Notes: generated from the letters alone by a model not told the origin. 64,000 nucleotides of DNA from Spirochaetia bacterium (GCA_963677595.1 OY782041.1:768001-832000), one strand, 5' to 3'; shown: positions 1 to 10,482, counted from the first letter of the stretch. Numbers and translations: made by a program.

Positions 1-396
1 TTCCGTGCTGCGAGCGGTCTCGCGACCGGGGGAGGGCTCACCAGTGATGGTTCCTGCGGGGGAGTCATAGGCGGCGGCATGATGATCAGCCTCCTGTTCG
101 GCAGGCGGCGGGAATTCTTCGATGGTGACGATAAGAACAAGTACACGGCGTTCAGGTTGGTGAAGGAACTGCAGCAGCGCTTCCTTGATACCTACGGGTC
201 GGTGATCTGCCGTGACATCCATGAACACCTGTTCGGCAGGAGCTACGATCTCTGGGATCCCGATGAGAAGCAGCAGTTCAATGATGCCGGGGCGCATTGT
301 GACAAGTGCACCTCTGTCGTGGCCCAGGCGGCAGCCTGGAGTGTGGAGCTCATCCTCGAAGAGGAAGAACGAAGAAAGGCCAGCCAGGGAGATTGA
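1..396 (+). CDS. C_GCAxxG_C_C family putative redox-active protein (5' truncated by window edge)
   Basis: Frame +1 is open from base 1 (FRAASGLATGGGLTSDGSCGGVIGG...), followed by YGSVICRDI and a C-terminal CDKC, matching the family Cys pattern. Confidence 0.8.
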   Translation, partial: FRAASGLATGGGLTSDGSCGGVIGGGMMISLLFGRRREFFDGDDKNKYTAFRLVKELQQRFLDTYGSVICRDIHEHLFGRSYDLWDPDEKQQFNDAGAHCDKCTSVVAQAAAWSVELILEEEERRKASQGD

Positions 397-452
397 CAAA
401 CTCCAATGTTTGTTTTATGTTAATTCTAACAGATAAATTGTTAGTTTTAACA
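393..452 (+). promoter_or_regulatory. sigma70 promoter overlapped by two palindromic operator boxes
   Basis: TTGACA 393-398, 17-bp spacer, TATGTT 416-421; palindromes TGTTAattcTAACA 418-431 and TGTTAgtttTAACA 439-452; RBS GAGG before ATG 464. Confidence 0.7.
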
Positions 453-463
453 TAGAGGTAGCC

Positions 464-1237
464 ATGACCCCTGACAAGAGAAAACAGTTCATCCAGGATA
501 GGCTCTATAGGGTATCAACGATCCAAGTCTCGGACCTTGCGGAGGAGCTCTCCGTATCGGAGATGACCATCAGGAGGGACCTTTCCGAACTGGAACGCTC
601 CGGTTTCCTTCGCCGCACCCATGGAGGGGCGGTACGGGAAGTCAGCAGGAGCTATGAACCCCCGTTCGATCTCAGGCAGGCACAGAACCGGGAGGAAAAA
701 CAGGCGATCGCTGCCCTGGCTGCCTCCTGCGTCTCCGAAGGCGATACCATCGTCATCGATTCAGGTACCACTGCCCTCCACCTGGCTGAACAGCTTCTCA
801 CCTTCACCGACCTGAAGGTGATCACCCCCAGCATCCCGGTAGCGGCGGTCTTCCTCAACCACCCGACCATCCAGGTCCTCGTATCGGGTGGGACCATGCG
901 TTCCCGCGAGGGTTCGCTCATCGGGGAGTATACCCGCAGATTCTTCGAGGACCTCTATTTCGATATCTATTTCCTCTCAGCGGCAGGCATCGACCCTGCA
1001 TCAGGGATCACCGAATACATCGTGGAAGATGCCCTGATCAAGCACTCGATCCTCACCCATGCGAAGAAGACGGTCGCCATGATGGCCTCGAGCAAGTTCG
1101 AGACGACCGCCTTCGCGTCAGTCTGCCGCCTGGATGAGATCGATATGCTCATAACCGACACAAGACCCCAGGGCCCCCTTCTGGGAGCCCTGGAACAACA
1201 TAATATCATAATACAATTCCCGAACGATAAGGAGTGA
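464..1237 (+). CDS. DeoR/GlpR family transcriptional regulator
   Basis: VSEMTIRRDLSELE...RTHGGA HTH; IDSGTT sugar-binding domain. Confidence 0.95.
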   Translation: MTPDKRKQFIQDRLYRVSTIQVSDLAEELSVSEMTIRRDLSELERSGFLRRTHGGAVREVSRSYEPPFDLRQAQNREEKQAIAALAASCVSEGDTIVIDSGTTALHLAEQLLTFTDLKVITPSIPVAAVFLNHPTIQVLVSGGTMRSREGSLIGEYTRRFFEDLYFDIYFLSAAGIDPASGITEYIVEDALIKHSILTHAKKTVAMMASSKFETTAFASVCRLDEIDMLITDTRPQGPLLGALEQHNIIIQFPNDKE

Positions 1238-1243
1238 TACCGT

Positions 1244-2047
1244 ATGAACTGGTTAGATGAGATCTTTGAAGTGAAGAAGCCCGTGATCGCCATGTGCCAC
1301 CTGCAGCCCCTTCCCGGCGACCCTGACTATGATCAGGAGAAGGGCATGGACCATGTGATCGAGGCTGCACGATTCGACCTTGAGGCCCTGCAGGAGGGAG
1401 GTGTGGATGGAGTCATGTTCTCCAATGAGTTCAGCCTCCCCTACCTCACGGAAGTGGAGCCGGTGACCTATACCGCGATGGCGAGGGTCATAGGTGAACT
1501 GAAGGACAAAATCAGGATCCCCTACGGGGTCAACGTCCTGTGGGACCCGAAAGCGTCGATCGACCTGGCGGTGGCGACTGATGCCCTCTTCGTCCGAGAG
1601 ATCTTCACCGGCGTCTATGCCAGTGACTTCGGTCTCTGGAACACGAACTGCGGGGCAGTGATCAGGCACAGGAACAGGATCGGCGGCAAGCATGTCAAGC
1701 TGCTCTTCAACATCGTACCCGAGGCTGCCATGTACCTCGCCCCGAGGGAGATCACCTCGATCGCCAAGTCGACCGTCTTCAACAACAACCCGGATGCGCT
1801 GTGCGTATCAGGCCTCACTGCCGGGGCTGAGACCGACTCCTCGGTACTCAAGGCCGTCAAGGATGCCGTTGGTGATACACCGGTCTTCGCGAACACCGGT
1901 GTGAGACTCTCAAACGTACGGGAACAGCTCTCGATAGCAGACGGGACCGTTACGGCGACGACCTTCAAGCGGGACGGTGAGTTCTACAACGAAGTCGACG
2001 TGAAGCGGGTCAAAGAGTTCATGGATGTCGTGAAGAGTATCCGATAA
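1244..2047 (+). CDS. sgcQ: SgcQ/BtpA family TIM-barrel protein
   Basis: KKPVIAMCHLQPLPGDP, GVDGVMFSNEFSLPY, PDALCVSGLTAG and VFANTGV are characteristic of SgcQ. Confidence 0.9.
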   Translation: MNWLDEIFEVKKPVIAMCHLQPLPGDPDYDQEKGMDHVIEAARFDLEALQEGGVDGVMFSNEFSLPYLTEVEPVTYTAMARVIGELKDKIRIPYGVNVLWDPKASIDLAVATDALFVREIFTGVYASDFGLWNTNCGAVIRHRNRIGGKHVKLLFNIVPEAAMYLAPREITSIAKSTVFNNNPDALCVSGLTAGAETDSSVLKAVKDAVGDTPVFANTGVRLSNVREQLSIADGTVTATTFKRDGEFYNEVDVKRVKEFMDVVKSIR

Positions 2048-2058
2048 CGGAGGAGTAT

Positions 2059-3126
2059 ATGGATAAACGCTGGAACAGGCTTGCGGAGATCCTGGTCAAC
2101 TATTCAACGAAGGTACGACCCGGCGAACGGGTCATGATCGCGATGATCGAGCCGGAGACCTACCCCCTTGCACAGGCAGTATACGAAGAGGTGATCAAGG
2201 CCGGCGGGTACCCGCAGATCCAGCTGCTCTCCGAGCGGCTGCGTCGCCTGACGCTCCTGTACGGGTCGGCAGAACAGGTCTCCTGGGTACCGGAGATGGA
2301 GAGCTGGGGTATGGCGTGGGCCGATGTCTACATCGGGCTCAGGGGTGCCCACAACCTCCACGAGCTGGACGGTATCCCCTCTGAGAAGATCTCGGCCAGC
2401 CAGAGCGCGATGGGGAAGGTCTCGGCCATGCGCTGGGAGAAGACCCGCTGGGTCCTGGTTCGGGTTCCCAACGAGTCATTCGCACAGCAGGCCCATACCA
2501 ACCTCGAGGAGCTCGAGGATATGTTCTTCGACTCCTGCTTCCTCGACTGGGAGGAGGAGAAGCGCAAGTGGGACCTCTGGGCCTGGAAGCTCGAGCAGGG
2601 TTCCCGGATCCGCATCACCGGCAGGGGGACCGACCTCTCCTTCTCGGTGAAGGGGAGGAAATGGGTCCCCTTCGCCGGTACCCAGAACATGCCCGACGGG
2701 GAGATCGCCACGGCACCGATCGTCGATACCGTGGACGGGATCATCTCCTTCGAGCACCCGGGAGTCCTCGGGGGCAGGCTGGTGGAGAGGATCAGGATCG
2801 CCTGGGAAGACGGGAAGCTCGTCGAGGCAATCTCGGAATCCGAACAGGAATTCTTCCAGTCGATCATCACGAAGGATGCAGGCGCCTCCCGGATCGGCGA
2901 GTTCGCCATCGGGACCAATATGCGCATGGACAGGTTCTGCAATGACATCCTCTTCGACGAGAAGATCGGGGGGACCATCCATATCGCACTGGGCAGGGCA
3001 TACCCTGAATGCGGGGGGCTGAACACCTCCTCCATCCACTGGGATATCATCAAGGATTTGAAGGACGGCGGGATCGTCTACCTCGATGACGAGCCGATCC
3101 TCAAAGACGGCATGATCCTGCTCTAA
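2059..3126 (+). CDS. M29 family (AmpS/AmpT-like) aminopeptidase
   Basis: NMPDGEI, IGEFAIG, LFDEKIGGTIHIALG and SSIHWD metal-ligand motifs intact. Confidence 0.9.
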   Translation: MDKRWNRLAEILVNYSTKVRPGERVMIAMIEPETYPLAQAVYEEVIKAGGYPQIQLLSERLRRLTLLYGSAEQVSWVPEMESWGMAWADVYIGLRGAHNLHELDGIPSEKISASQSAMGKVSAMRWEKTRWVLVRVPNESFAQQAHTNLEELEDMFFDSCFLDWEEEKRKWDLWAWKLEQGSRIRITGRGTDLSFSVKGRKWVPFAGTQNMPDGEIATAPIVDTVDGIISFEHPGVLGGRLVERIRIAWEDGKLVEAISESEQEFFQSIITKDAGASRIGEFAIGTNMRMDRFCNDILFDEKIGGTIHIALGRAYPECGGLNTSSIHWDIIKDLKDGGIVYLDDEPILKDGMILL

Positions 3127-3139
3127 AGGGAGGCTGCAC

Positions 3140-4600
3140 ATGAGACCCTGTTTTCTCGGAATCGACATAGGCACCGGCTCCTCAAAGGGGGTCCTGACCG
3201 ATGAGCACGGGACCATCCTGGCCCAGGATTCTCTTCCCCATACCGTCTCCTCCCCCCATCCCGGCTGGTTCGAGCAGGATGCCGATGCCGTATGGTGGCA
3301 TGATTTCGTCAGCCTGAGCAGGTCCCTCACGTCACAGGTACCGGCCGGGTATGCCGTCATGGCGGTCTCCTGCAGCGCTATCGCTCCCTGCGTGCTTCCC
3401 GTCGAAAAGGACGGTACACCCTTACGAGCCGGTATCCTCTACGGGATCGACACGAGGGCGGCAGCCGAGATCGAGGAGCTGACCTCCGAGATTGGGAAGG
3501 ACGCTATATTCTCCATGACCGGGCAGCAGCTCTCTTCCCAATCGTGCTGCCCCAAGATCCGCTGGATCGAGAAGCATGAGCCCCATATCTTCGAGAGGAC
3601 TGCTAAGTTCCTGACAGCCACGGGCTATGTGAACTACCGCCTGACGGGGAACTACTGCGTTGACATGTATGACGCGATCGGCTATGCCCCCCTCTTCGAC
3701 CTTGCCGGCCGCAGATGGGATGACAGCTATGAGCAGGCTGTATGCGACCTCTCGCTGCTCCCGGAGATCCTCTGGACGACAGAACCCTGCGGGAGGGTAA
3801 CCCCTGCAGCAGCTGAGGCGACGGGCCTGCCCCCGGGTATACCGGTCTTCTCAGGTGCCGCCGATGCAGCCGCAGAGGCTGTGGCCGCGGGGGTTTCGGC
3901 TCCCGGGGACATGATGATGATGTACGGCAGCAGCAACTTCTTCATCATGAGGACTGCAGCCCTCCTCCCGGCTCCCTCCTTCTGGGCTTCCAACTTCCTC
4001 TCTCCCGGGGAGTTCGTCCTCACGGGGGGGATGACGACTGTGGGATCGCTGTTCAACTGGTTCACGGAAACGTTTCCCGGCAAGACCATGCCGGAGTGGG
4101 AAGAGCTGGCATCTGCCTCCCCGCCCGGGGCGAGGGGGATCATCACCCTTCCCTACTTCGCGGGAGAGAGGACCCCGCTCTTCGATCCGGATGCGAAAGG
4201 GGTGTTCTTCGGCCTCACGCTGCAGTCTGGTGCAGGTGACCTCTTCCGTTCCTGCCTCGAGGCAGTGGGGTTCGGGATACGCCACAACCTGGAGGTCCTC
4301 TCACAGGAGGGCCAGGATGCCCGGCGGATCATCGCCATCGGCGGGGGGATCAACAGCACCAACCTGATGCAGGCTGTCTGCGACATCACGGGAGTGACCC
4401 AGGCCATACCCGACTGCACGCTTGGCGCCTGTTACGGCAGCGCCTATATCGCAGCCGTGGGCAGCGGGATGGTGGGCAGGGATGCCAGGTGGACCGGGAT
4501 CGAACGTGAATACACCCCGGAGCCTGCGAACCGATCGCTCTATGATGAAGCCTACGGCAAGTACCGCTCCCTCTACGAATCAACGAAGCACATCCGCTAA
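3140..4600 (+). CDS. FGGY family carbohydrate kinase (xylulokinase-like)
   Basis: LGIDIGTGSSK, PGWFEQD, LPYFAGERTP, IGGG. Confidence 0.92.
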   Translation: MRPCFLGIDIGTGSSKGVLTDEHGTILAQDSLPHTVSSPHPGWFEQDADAVWWHDFVSLSRSLTSQVPAGYAVMAVSCSAIAPCVLPVEKDGTPLRAGILYGIDTRAAAEIEELTSEIGKDAIFSMTGQQLSSQSCCPKIRWIEKHEPHIFERTAKFLTATGYVNYRLTGNYCVDMYDAIGYAPLFDLAGRRWDDSYEQAVCDLSLLPEILWTTEPCGRVTPAAAEATGLPPGIPVFSGAADAAAEAVAAGVSAPGDMMMMYGSSNFFIMRTAALLPAPSFWASNFLSPGEFVLTGGMTTVGSLFNWFTETFPGKTMPEWEELASASPPGARGIITLPYFAGERTPLFDPDAKGVFFGLTLQSGAGDLFRSCLEAVGFGIRHNLEVLSQEGQDARRIIAIGGGINSTNLMQAVCDITGVTQAIPDCTLGACYGSAYIAAVGSGMVGRDARWTGIEREYTPEPANRSLYDEAYGKYRSLYESTKHIR

Positions 4601-4608
4601 ACCAAGAA

Positions 4609-4636
4609 CAGGGCAGAACCGTTAGGTCCTGCCCTG
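4609..4636. terminator. Hairpin between convergent operons
   Basis: CAGGGCAG-A-ACC gtta GGT-C-CTGCCCTG. Confidence 0.6.
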
Positions 4637-4662
4637 ATGAGGAGGAGTGTGCTTATAGTCTG

Positions 4663-5172
4663 TCAGCCTTCGACTGACAGGTAACAATCATAATCGTCTG
4701 CGAGGTCCACCATGAAGAAATCCTCTTCAGGCGTCGTTGATTGGAAGACGACGAAGGTCCTGGTGACCTCCTCTTTCGTCAGCGGGGCATGGTGCCATAC
4801 CCCCTTCCCGAGCGTGACGGCACTCTGCCTGGGGACCTTGAAGGCCCTGGCAGCTTCGATGTCAGGCTTCTTCGGGTCAGCAGGGTCTGAGAGGGCGACG
4901 ACGATGTAGATATCATCGGTGGGGATGAGGGTCTCCTCGCTCTCGGTATGCTGCTCAAGGTTGAACTCATCAAGGCCGTTCTTTCCGTAGGTCTCAACGA
5001 TCGATATAGAGGTCTTCCCCTCATAGCTCATCTCGCTGAGACGGTTCCAGAACTGGAGCTCGTCATTCGAGGCATCCGCCTCCCGGGAGTATACACTGAT
5101 AACCTGACCGAAGGGGGCGAAGCCCTCAGGATCGATCGTCTCACATCTCAATACACGTTCTTCCATGATCAT
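4663..5172 (-). CDS. Ureidoglycolate lyase (AllA)-like cupin
   Basis: FAPFGQVI, LEQHTESEE and GVWHHAP motifs. Confidence 0.8.
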   Translation of the reverse strand: MIMEERVLRCETIDPEGFAPFGQVISVYSREADASNDELQFWNRLSEMSYEGKTSISIVETYGKNGLDEFNLEQHTESEETLIPTDDIYIVVALSDPADPKKPDIEAARAFKVPRQSAVTLGKGVWHHAPLTKEEVTRTFVVFQSTTPEEDFFMVDLADDYDCYLSVEG

Positions 5173-5810
5173 ACCTCCCGGTTCACGTAATCGGATATGA
5201 CACCCACGACCAGTCTCCCGATCGTTGCGCCCGGGTCCTGGATCGTGCGGGACTTCTCCTGGTAGTAGGCAGCCCTGCCGTGCTGAGCCACCATATCAAG
5301 GGTAGCCTCGAGCCCCTTCTGGGCTGCCTCGTCAGCTGCACGCATCACTGCGGGGAGGGCATCCCCGGCGCCGGCTGCTGCCTGGGCCGCCTCGGCCGCA
5401 GGATAGAGGGCATCGATGATGGTCTTCTCTCCGGGCTTGGCCTTGCCGCGGTCCATGATCCCTTCAACGAAGGCTGTGAGGAAGGCTGCTGCATCCTGGG
5501 CAGCGAACACTGTCGTCCCTTTCAGCGCCTTACCGCCGCGCATGAACCCCGTTGCCATGAGCGTACCCATGGTCGAGGGGGCAGCCTTGGCCATAGCCAT
5601 CCCGGCCTTCATGCAGAGGGTCCCGATGTCCTCATCGCCAAAGGCGGCGGCGAACTCATCCGCGGCAGTGAAGACTGCCGCCATGGTGAGCCCGAGGTCC
5701 CCGTCACCCATCGCGGAATCAAGCTCTATGAGATGGTCCCTGTTCTCGAGTGCCATCTGCTTCAGCTCACTGAAGAGCCCCTTGAAATCCTGTATGGTAC
5801 ACTGTTCCAT
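5169..5810 (-). CDS. dhaL: Dihydroxyacetone kinase subunit L
   Basis: LDSAMGDGDLG, GKAKPGEKTIIDAL, HGRAAY, DPGA. Confidence 0.92.
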   Translation of the reverse strand: MEQCTIQDFKGLFSELKQMALENRDHLIELDSAMGDGDLGLTMAAVFTAADEFAAAFGDEDIGTLCMKAGMAMAKAAPSTMGTLMATGFMRGGKALKGTTVFAAQDAAAFLTAFVEGIMDRGKAKPGEKTIIDALYPAAEAAQAAAGAGDALPAVMRAADEAAQKGLEATLDMVAQHGRAAYYQEKSRTIQDPGATIGRLVVGVISDYVNREV

Positions 5811-5821
5811 GCTATGCGCTC

Positions 5822-6826
5822 CTACAGCTCACGCTGCTCGAAGAACGGGGTGTAGGCTGGTTTTGCCAGATACCCCTTCAGCTCATCATCAAGCTTCAGG
5901 AGGGAGATCGAGGCCCCTGCCATCTCCATGGAGGTAGCGAACTCCCCGGCATAGACATGGAAGACTGAGATACCCTTTGCCTCAAGGATTTCCGCGACCT
6001 TGCGGTACATGATGTAGAGCTCCTCCTTGGGGGTCGCGCCGAGCCCGTTCATGAGGACTGCCACCTCATCACCCGATCCATACGGGAGGTCCTCGATGAG
6101 GGCATCCATCATGGTCTGAACCACTTCATCAGCAGGCTTGAGCGTCGACCGCTCGATGCCCGGCTCGCCATGGATCCCCATGCCGATCTCCATCTCATCC
6201 TCGCCGATGGTGAAGGAGGGTTTCCCCACCTCAGGCACGATGCAGGGGGAGAGTGCGACACCCATGGTCCTGACGTTTGCGCAGACCTTCTCGGCGACTC
6301 GCTTCACCTCATCAAGGGAAGCCATCGAATCAGCACAGGCACCGGCTATCTTATAGACGAAGAAGATACCGGCGACACCACGCCGCTTATGTTCCTCGCC
6401 CTTCTTCGAGGAGGCTACATCCTCCCCGGCGACGACCTGTTCCACCCTGATGTCTTCCATGTCAGCCATCTCTGCCGCCATGTCGAAGTTCATGATGTCC
6501 CCGCCGTAGTTCCCGTAGATATAGAGGACCCCGGCCCCGGAATCGATCTCCTTCGTCACCTCGAGCATCTGGTCGGCACTCGGTGACTGGAAGACACCCC
6601 CGACCGAGCAGCCGTCGAGCATACCTTCCCCGACATAGCCGAGGAAGAGCGGAAGGTGACCCGAGCCTCCTCCGGTCGCGATCCCTACCTTGCCGGGTCT
6701 CTTCTTCTTCGAGACCAGGCACCGGTAATCATCATTGGTGATGGTCACCTCAGTCGGATGAGCGGCAAGGATACCCTTGATCATATCATCTACGAACTGT
6801 TCCGGTGTGTTCAGAAACTTCTTCAT
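5822..6826 (-). CDS. dhaK: Dihydroxyacetone kinase subunit K
   Basis: GGGSGHLP, NYGGDIMNF, RRGVAG, GMGIHGEPG. Confidence 0.95.
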   Translation of the reverse strand: MKKFLNTPEQFVDDMIKGILAAHPTEVTITNDDYRCLVSKKKRPGKVGIATGGGSGHLPLFLGYVGEGMLDGCSVGGVFQSPSADQMLEVTKEIDSGAGVLYIYGNYGGDIMNFDMAAEMADMEDIRVEQVVAGEDVASSKKGEEHKRRGVAGIFFVYKIAGACADSMASLDEVKRVAEKVCANVRTMGVALSPCIVPEVGKPSFTIGEDEMEIGMGIHGEPGIERSTLKPADEVVQTMMDALIEDLPYGSGDEVAVLMNGLGATPKEELYIMYRKVAEILEAKGISVFHVYAGEFATSMEMAGASISLLKLDDELKGYLAKPAYTPFFEQREL

Positions 6827-7866
6827 GCTGCGCTGCCTCCTTTCGAGGCTTTTTCCTTGTTCATCGCCTCGATCTTTTTCTTAGCACTATTCTTATTGAT
6901 CAGGTAATTCAACACCATGACGAGCAGCAGGGCGAATCCCCACATGAACTTCTTGAAGAAGGGGCTGAATGCGAGGATGTTCAGGCCGCTCTGTGTTATC
7001 TGCAGGATGAATATGCCCATGACGACCCCGGGAATGTTCCCGAACCCGCCGTCGGGGTCTACCCCGCCGAGGACCACGACCAGGATAGCCTGCAGGACAT
7101 AGGCAGTACCGTAGCCTGGACGCATGGAGTTCGCCCTCGAGATCATGATGATCGATGCCAGTCCGGCCAGCATGGCAGTCAGGATGTAGGTCTTGATCAG
7201 GACCTTCGTGTTATCGACCCCGGAGAACCGTGAGACGACCGGGGAAGAGCCGATCATGAACATGCTGAAGCCCTGCTGTGTCCTCCTGAGCAGCACACTC
7301 ACGAAGAAGGCAGCCGCGATGAACAGCAGGAATGAGATCGGGATCCCGAGGACGTTCCCGTTCCCGATCACCATGAAGGATTCCGGGAACCCGCTGACGC
7401 TGTGTCCCTCTGTGAGGACGATGGCGAGCCCCATGAAGAGTCCCTGCGTCCCGAGGGTCGCGAGGATCGGCGGTACGCCGAGGAATGCGATCAGCGATCC
7501 GTTGACCAGGCCTGAGATGACCGAGACCGCCAGGATGGCAAGGACTGCCAGGATGATGGCAAGGCCGGCATTGGTCCCGTTATCGACTGCAGCCGAGAGG
7601 ATCTTCGCGGCCACGACGCCGGTGAAGTTGGCTACTGCCACGACAGAGAGGTCGATCCCGCCCGTGATCATTGCCAGCATCATAGCCAGGGCAAGGAACC
7701 CGAACTCGGGGAACTGTGAGGCCATGGACTGGATGTTCATGCCGGTCAGGAACTTACTGGGCATGGCGATGGACATGATCAGGACGACGACCAGCAGGAT
7801 CATGAAGAGAGTCCTGTTCTTCGGGTTCTTGAACCCGGGTATGATGCTCAATTTTCCAATACCCAT
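6823..7866 (-). CDS. Sugar ABC transporter permease (RbsC family)
   Basis: ITGGIDLSV, PPILATLG; start taken at ATG 7866 after GGAGG. Confidence 0.92.
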   Translation of the reverse strand: MGIGKLSIIPGFKNPKNRTLFMILLVVVLIMSIAMPSKFLTGMNIQSMASQFPEFGFLALAMMLAMITGGIDLSVVAVANFTGVVAAKILSAAVDNGTNAGLAIILAVLAILAVSVISGLVNGSLIAFLGVPPILATLGTQGLFMGLAIVLTEGHSVSGFPESFMVIGNGNVLGIPISFLLFIAAAFFVSVLLRRTQQGFSMFMIGSSPVVSRFSGVDNTKVLIKTYILTAMLAGLASIIMISRANSMRPGYGTAYVLQAILVVVLGGVDPDGGFGNIPGVVMGIFILQITQSGLNILAFSPFFKKFMWGFALLLVMVLNYLINKNSAKKKIEAMNKEKASKGGSAA

Positions 7867-7867
7867 A

Positions 7868-8878
7868 CTACACACCTCCCAGGGATGGATTGCGCTTCTG
7901 CTGCAGTTTGTTCTGTGCATAGGTGATACTCACACCGAGGATGATGATTACCCCGATGAAGAACTGCTGCCAGAAGGACGAGAGGCCAAGCAGGATGAGG
8001 TTCTTCTCGAGGATGGTGATCAGCGCGACACCGAGCATGGTCCCGGTCAGGGTACCAGTACCCCCGCTGATCCTCGCACCGCCGAGAACGACAGCCGCGA
8101 TGACGCTCAGCTCTGTACCTACCAGGTAGTTCGGGTTGCTGTAGCGGATCAGCGAGAGGTGCAGGACCCCCATGATCCCGGCCAGCATGCCGACGTAGCA
8201 GTAGACGAAGAACTGGATCTTCGTGGCGTTATAGCCGGTCCGCTGGGCAGCTTCCCGGTTCCCGCCGATCGCATAGATACCACGACCGATCATCGTGTAC
8301 TTCAGGATGAACCAGGTCACCAGCACGATGATCACGAGGATGAGGAAGAAGATGGAGAGGCCGTAGGCTGACCCGTCTGGTCTCGTGATCGTGATGATGT
8401 TGATCTTCCCGAAGTCCTTGATGCACTGCGGGAGGTCGCCGACGTTGACGGCCTTGGTCCCCACGACCTCAAGCAGGAGCCCGTGGAAAACGCTGCTCGT
8501 CCCGAGCGTGGTGATGAGGGTCGGGAGCTTGAAGATCGAGATGAACACGGCATTCACGGCCCCGAGCGCGATCCCGAGCCCGATCGAGATGAGGAATGCG
8601 ACGATGATGTTGTCCACTCCCGATGCGATCAGGACATTGACCGATATATACTGGCCGACGATGGCGATCGCCGTGCTGGAAACATCGATACCGCCGGAGA
8701 GCAGGACCAGAAAGACCCCGATCGCCAGGATGGCAGTACCTGAACTGCTCCGCAGCAGGTCGAACATGTTCTCGAGTGTAAGGAAGACCGGGTTGATCAT
8801 GGTGATGACGAATGCGAAGATCACAACGATCAGGAACACATAGGTCTCGGTATGTTTGAAGAGTCGTCGTATGTTCAT
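7868..8878 (-). CDS. Sugar ABC transporter permease (RbsC family)
   Basis: LSGGIDVS, GRGIYAIGGNREAA, IAAVVLGG. Confidence 0.92.
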   Translation of the reverse strand: MNIRRLFKHTETYVFLIVVIFAFVITMINPVFLTLENMFDLLRSSSGTAILAIGVFLVLLSGGIDVSSTAIAIVGQYISVNVLIASGVDNIIVAFLISIGLGIALGAVNAVFISIFKLPTLITTLGTSSVFHGLLLEVVGTKAVNVGDLPQCIKDFGKINIITITRPDGSAYGLSIFFLILVIIVLVTWFILKYTMIGRGIYAIGGNREAAQRTGYNATKIQFFVYCYVGMLAGIMGVLHLSLIRYSNPNYLVGTELSVIAAVVLGGARISGGTGTLTGTMLGVALITILEKNLILLGLSSFWQQFFIGVIIILGVSITYAQNKLQQKRNPSLGGV

Positions 8879-10395
8879 GCTTCAGCTCCTACTGCTGTCT
8901 CCCCTGTCACGATCGCGTAGAGTTCATCAGCATTGGTAGTGGTGGAATCCTCGATCTCGCGGATGATCCTCCCGCCCGACATCAGGAGGACGCGGTTGCA
9001 GTTGTCGAGGATCTCCTGGATCTCGTCCGAGATCATGATGATCCCCATGCCCTCCCGGGCAAGGTCCCTGATGATGTCATGGATCGTATGCTTCGACCCG
9101 ATATCGATGCCGATCGTCGGTCCGTCGAGAATGAAGACCTTCGGGTCGATCGCAAGCCATTTGGCAAGGACGACCCGCTGCTGGTTGCCTCCCGAGAGGC
9201 TGTTCGCAGGGTTGGCGCCGGTCGGGGTCTTGATCTGGAGCTTCTTGATCCAGTCATCCCCGGACTGCGTCCTCTGCGAGGTATTGAGCAGCCCCACCTT
9301 CCCGAGGAAGCGCTTGAGGATCGTGATGACGATGTTGTCGCTGATCGACTGCTCGACGAAGAGGCCCTGGTTGAGCCGGTCCTCAGGGAGGAGCGCGATC
9401 CCATGAGCCATGGCATCACGGGGACTGGTTATCGTCACCTCGGTACCGTTCATGGACATGGTGCCGGTATCGGGTTTGTTCAGCCCGAAGATCGCCTGGA
9501 CGACCTCGGTCCTGCCCGAGCCGATGAGGCCCGTGATCCCGAGGATCTCCCCCGGCTGCAGGTCGAAGCTGATATCGCTGAACTGCCCCTCCCTGCTGAA
9601 ATCCTTCACGGAGAGCAGGGGGGAAGACTGCTTCATCTTCTCATCATAGATATACGGCCGGAACTCGAGCTTCTTCCCCGTCATGATATAGACCAGCTTG
9701 TCATGGTCGAGTTCAGAGGTCGGGTATACCCCGACGAGCTTCCCATCCCGTATGATAGTGATGTTCTCCGAGATCTCGAAGACCTCGCTGAGCTTATGGC
9801 TCACGAACAGGGTCGCGATCCCCTTGGCCTTCAGCTTATGGATGATCGAGAAGAGATGGTCGACCTCTTCCTTCGTAATGGCCGAGGTAGCCTCATCCAT
9901 GATGATCAGCCGTGCGTTCTGGGTCATCGCCCTCGAGATCGCCACGATCTGCTTCTTTGCCATGGAGAGGTTCTCAACCCGCTCATCAAGCGGCAGGTCC
10001 TCGCCGATCTCGGCAAGGGCAGCCCGTGCGGTCTCGTGTATCTGCTTCCAGCTCACCGTCTGCTTATTACTCTCAAGCATCTGGTTCACCGCGATGTTCT
10101 CTGCTACGGTGAGGTTCGGGAACAGCGAGAGGTCCTGGTAGATGATCTGGACCCCTGCACGGATCGACTCGATCGCCTGTGACCCATGCAGCTGACGACC
10201 ATCGATCTCGATGGTACCTGAATCAGCAGTATGGACACCGCCTATGATCTTGATCAGTGTTGACTTCCCCGACCCGTTCTCCCCGATAAGGCAGTGGATC
10301 TCACCTTTGGAAATCTGCAGACTCACATCATCAAGGGCCTTCACACCGACGAAGGACTTGCTGACATGCTCTGCCTTAAGAAATATATCTGACAT
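8875..10395 (-). CDS. Sugar ABC transporter ATP-binding protein (RbsA/MglA type, two NBDs)
   Basis: GENGSGKST, LSGGNQQRV; ATG 10395 preceded by AGGAG. Confidence 0.95.
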   Translation of the reverse strand: MSDIFLKAEHVSKSFVGVKALDDVSLQISKGEIHCLIGENGSGKSTLIKIIGGVHTADSGTIEIDGRQLHGSQAIESIRAGVQIIYQDLSLFPNLTVAENIAVNQMLESNKQTVSWKQIHETARAALAEIGEDLPLDERVENLSMAKKQIVAISRAMTQNARLIIMDEATSAITKEEVDHLFSIIHKLKAKGIATLFVSHKLSEVFEISENITIIRDGKLVGVYPTSELDHDKLVYIMTGKKLEFRPYIYDEKMKQSSPLLSVKDFSREGQFSDISFDLQPGEILGITGLIGSGRTEVVQAIFGLNKPDTGTMSMNGTEVTITSPRDAMAHGIALLPEDRLNQGLFVEQSISDNIVITILKRFLGKVGLLNTSQRTQSGDDWIKKLQIKTPTGANPANSLSGGNQQRVVLAKWLAIDPKVFILDGPTIGIDIGSKHTIHDIIRDLAREGMGIIMISDEIQEILDNCNRVLLMSGGRIIREIEDSTTTNADELYAIVTGETAVGAEA

Positions 10396-10437
10396 ACTCA
10401 CTCCTAGTCTCGTACAAACTCATACCATATTACAGAA

Positions 10438-10464
10438 GAGGAGACCCAGGTACTGGATCTCCTC
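10438..10464 (-). terminator. Intercistronic stem-loop after the solute-binding protein gene
   Basis: GAGGAGATCCAG-tac-CTGGGTCTCCTC on the minus strand; position typical of an mRNA-stabilising hairpin. Confidence 0.55.
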
Positions 10465-10482
10465 ATCCTTCTATTTCATGGA

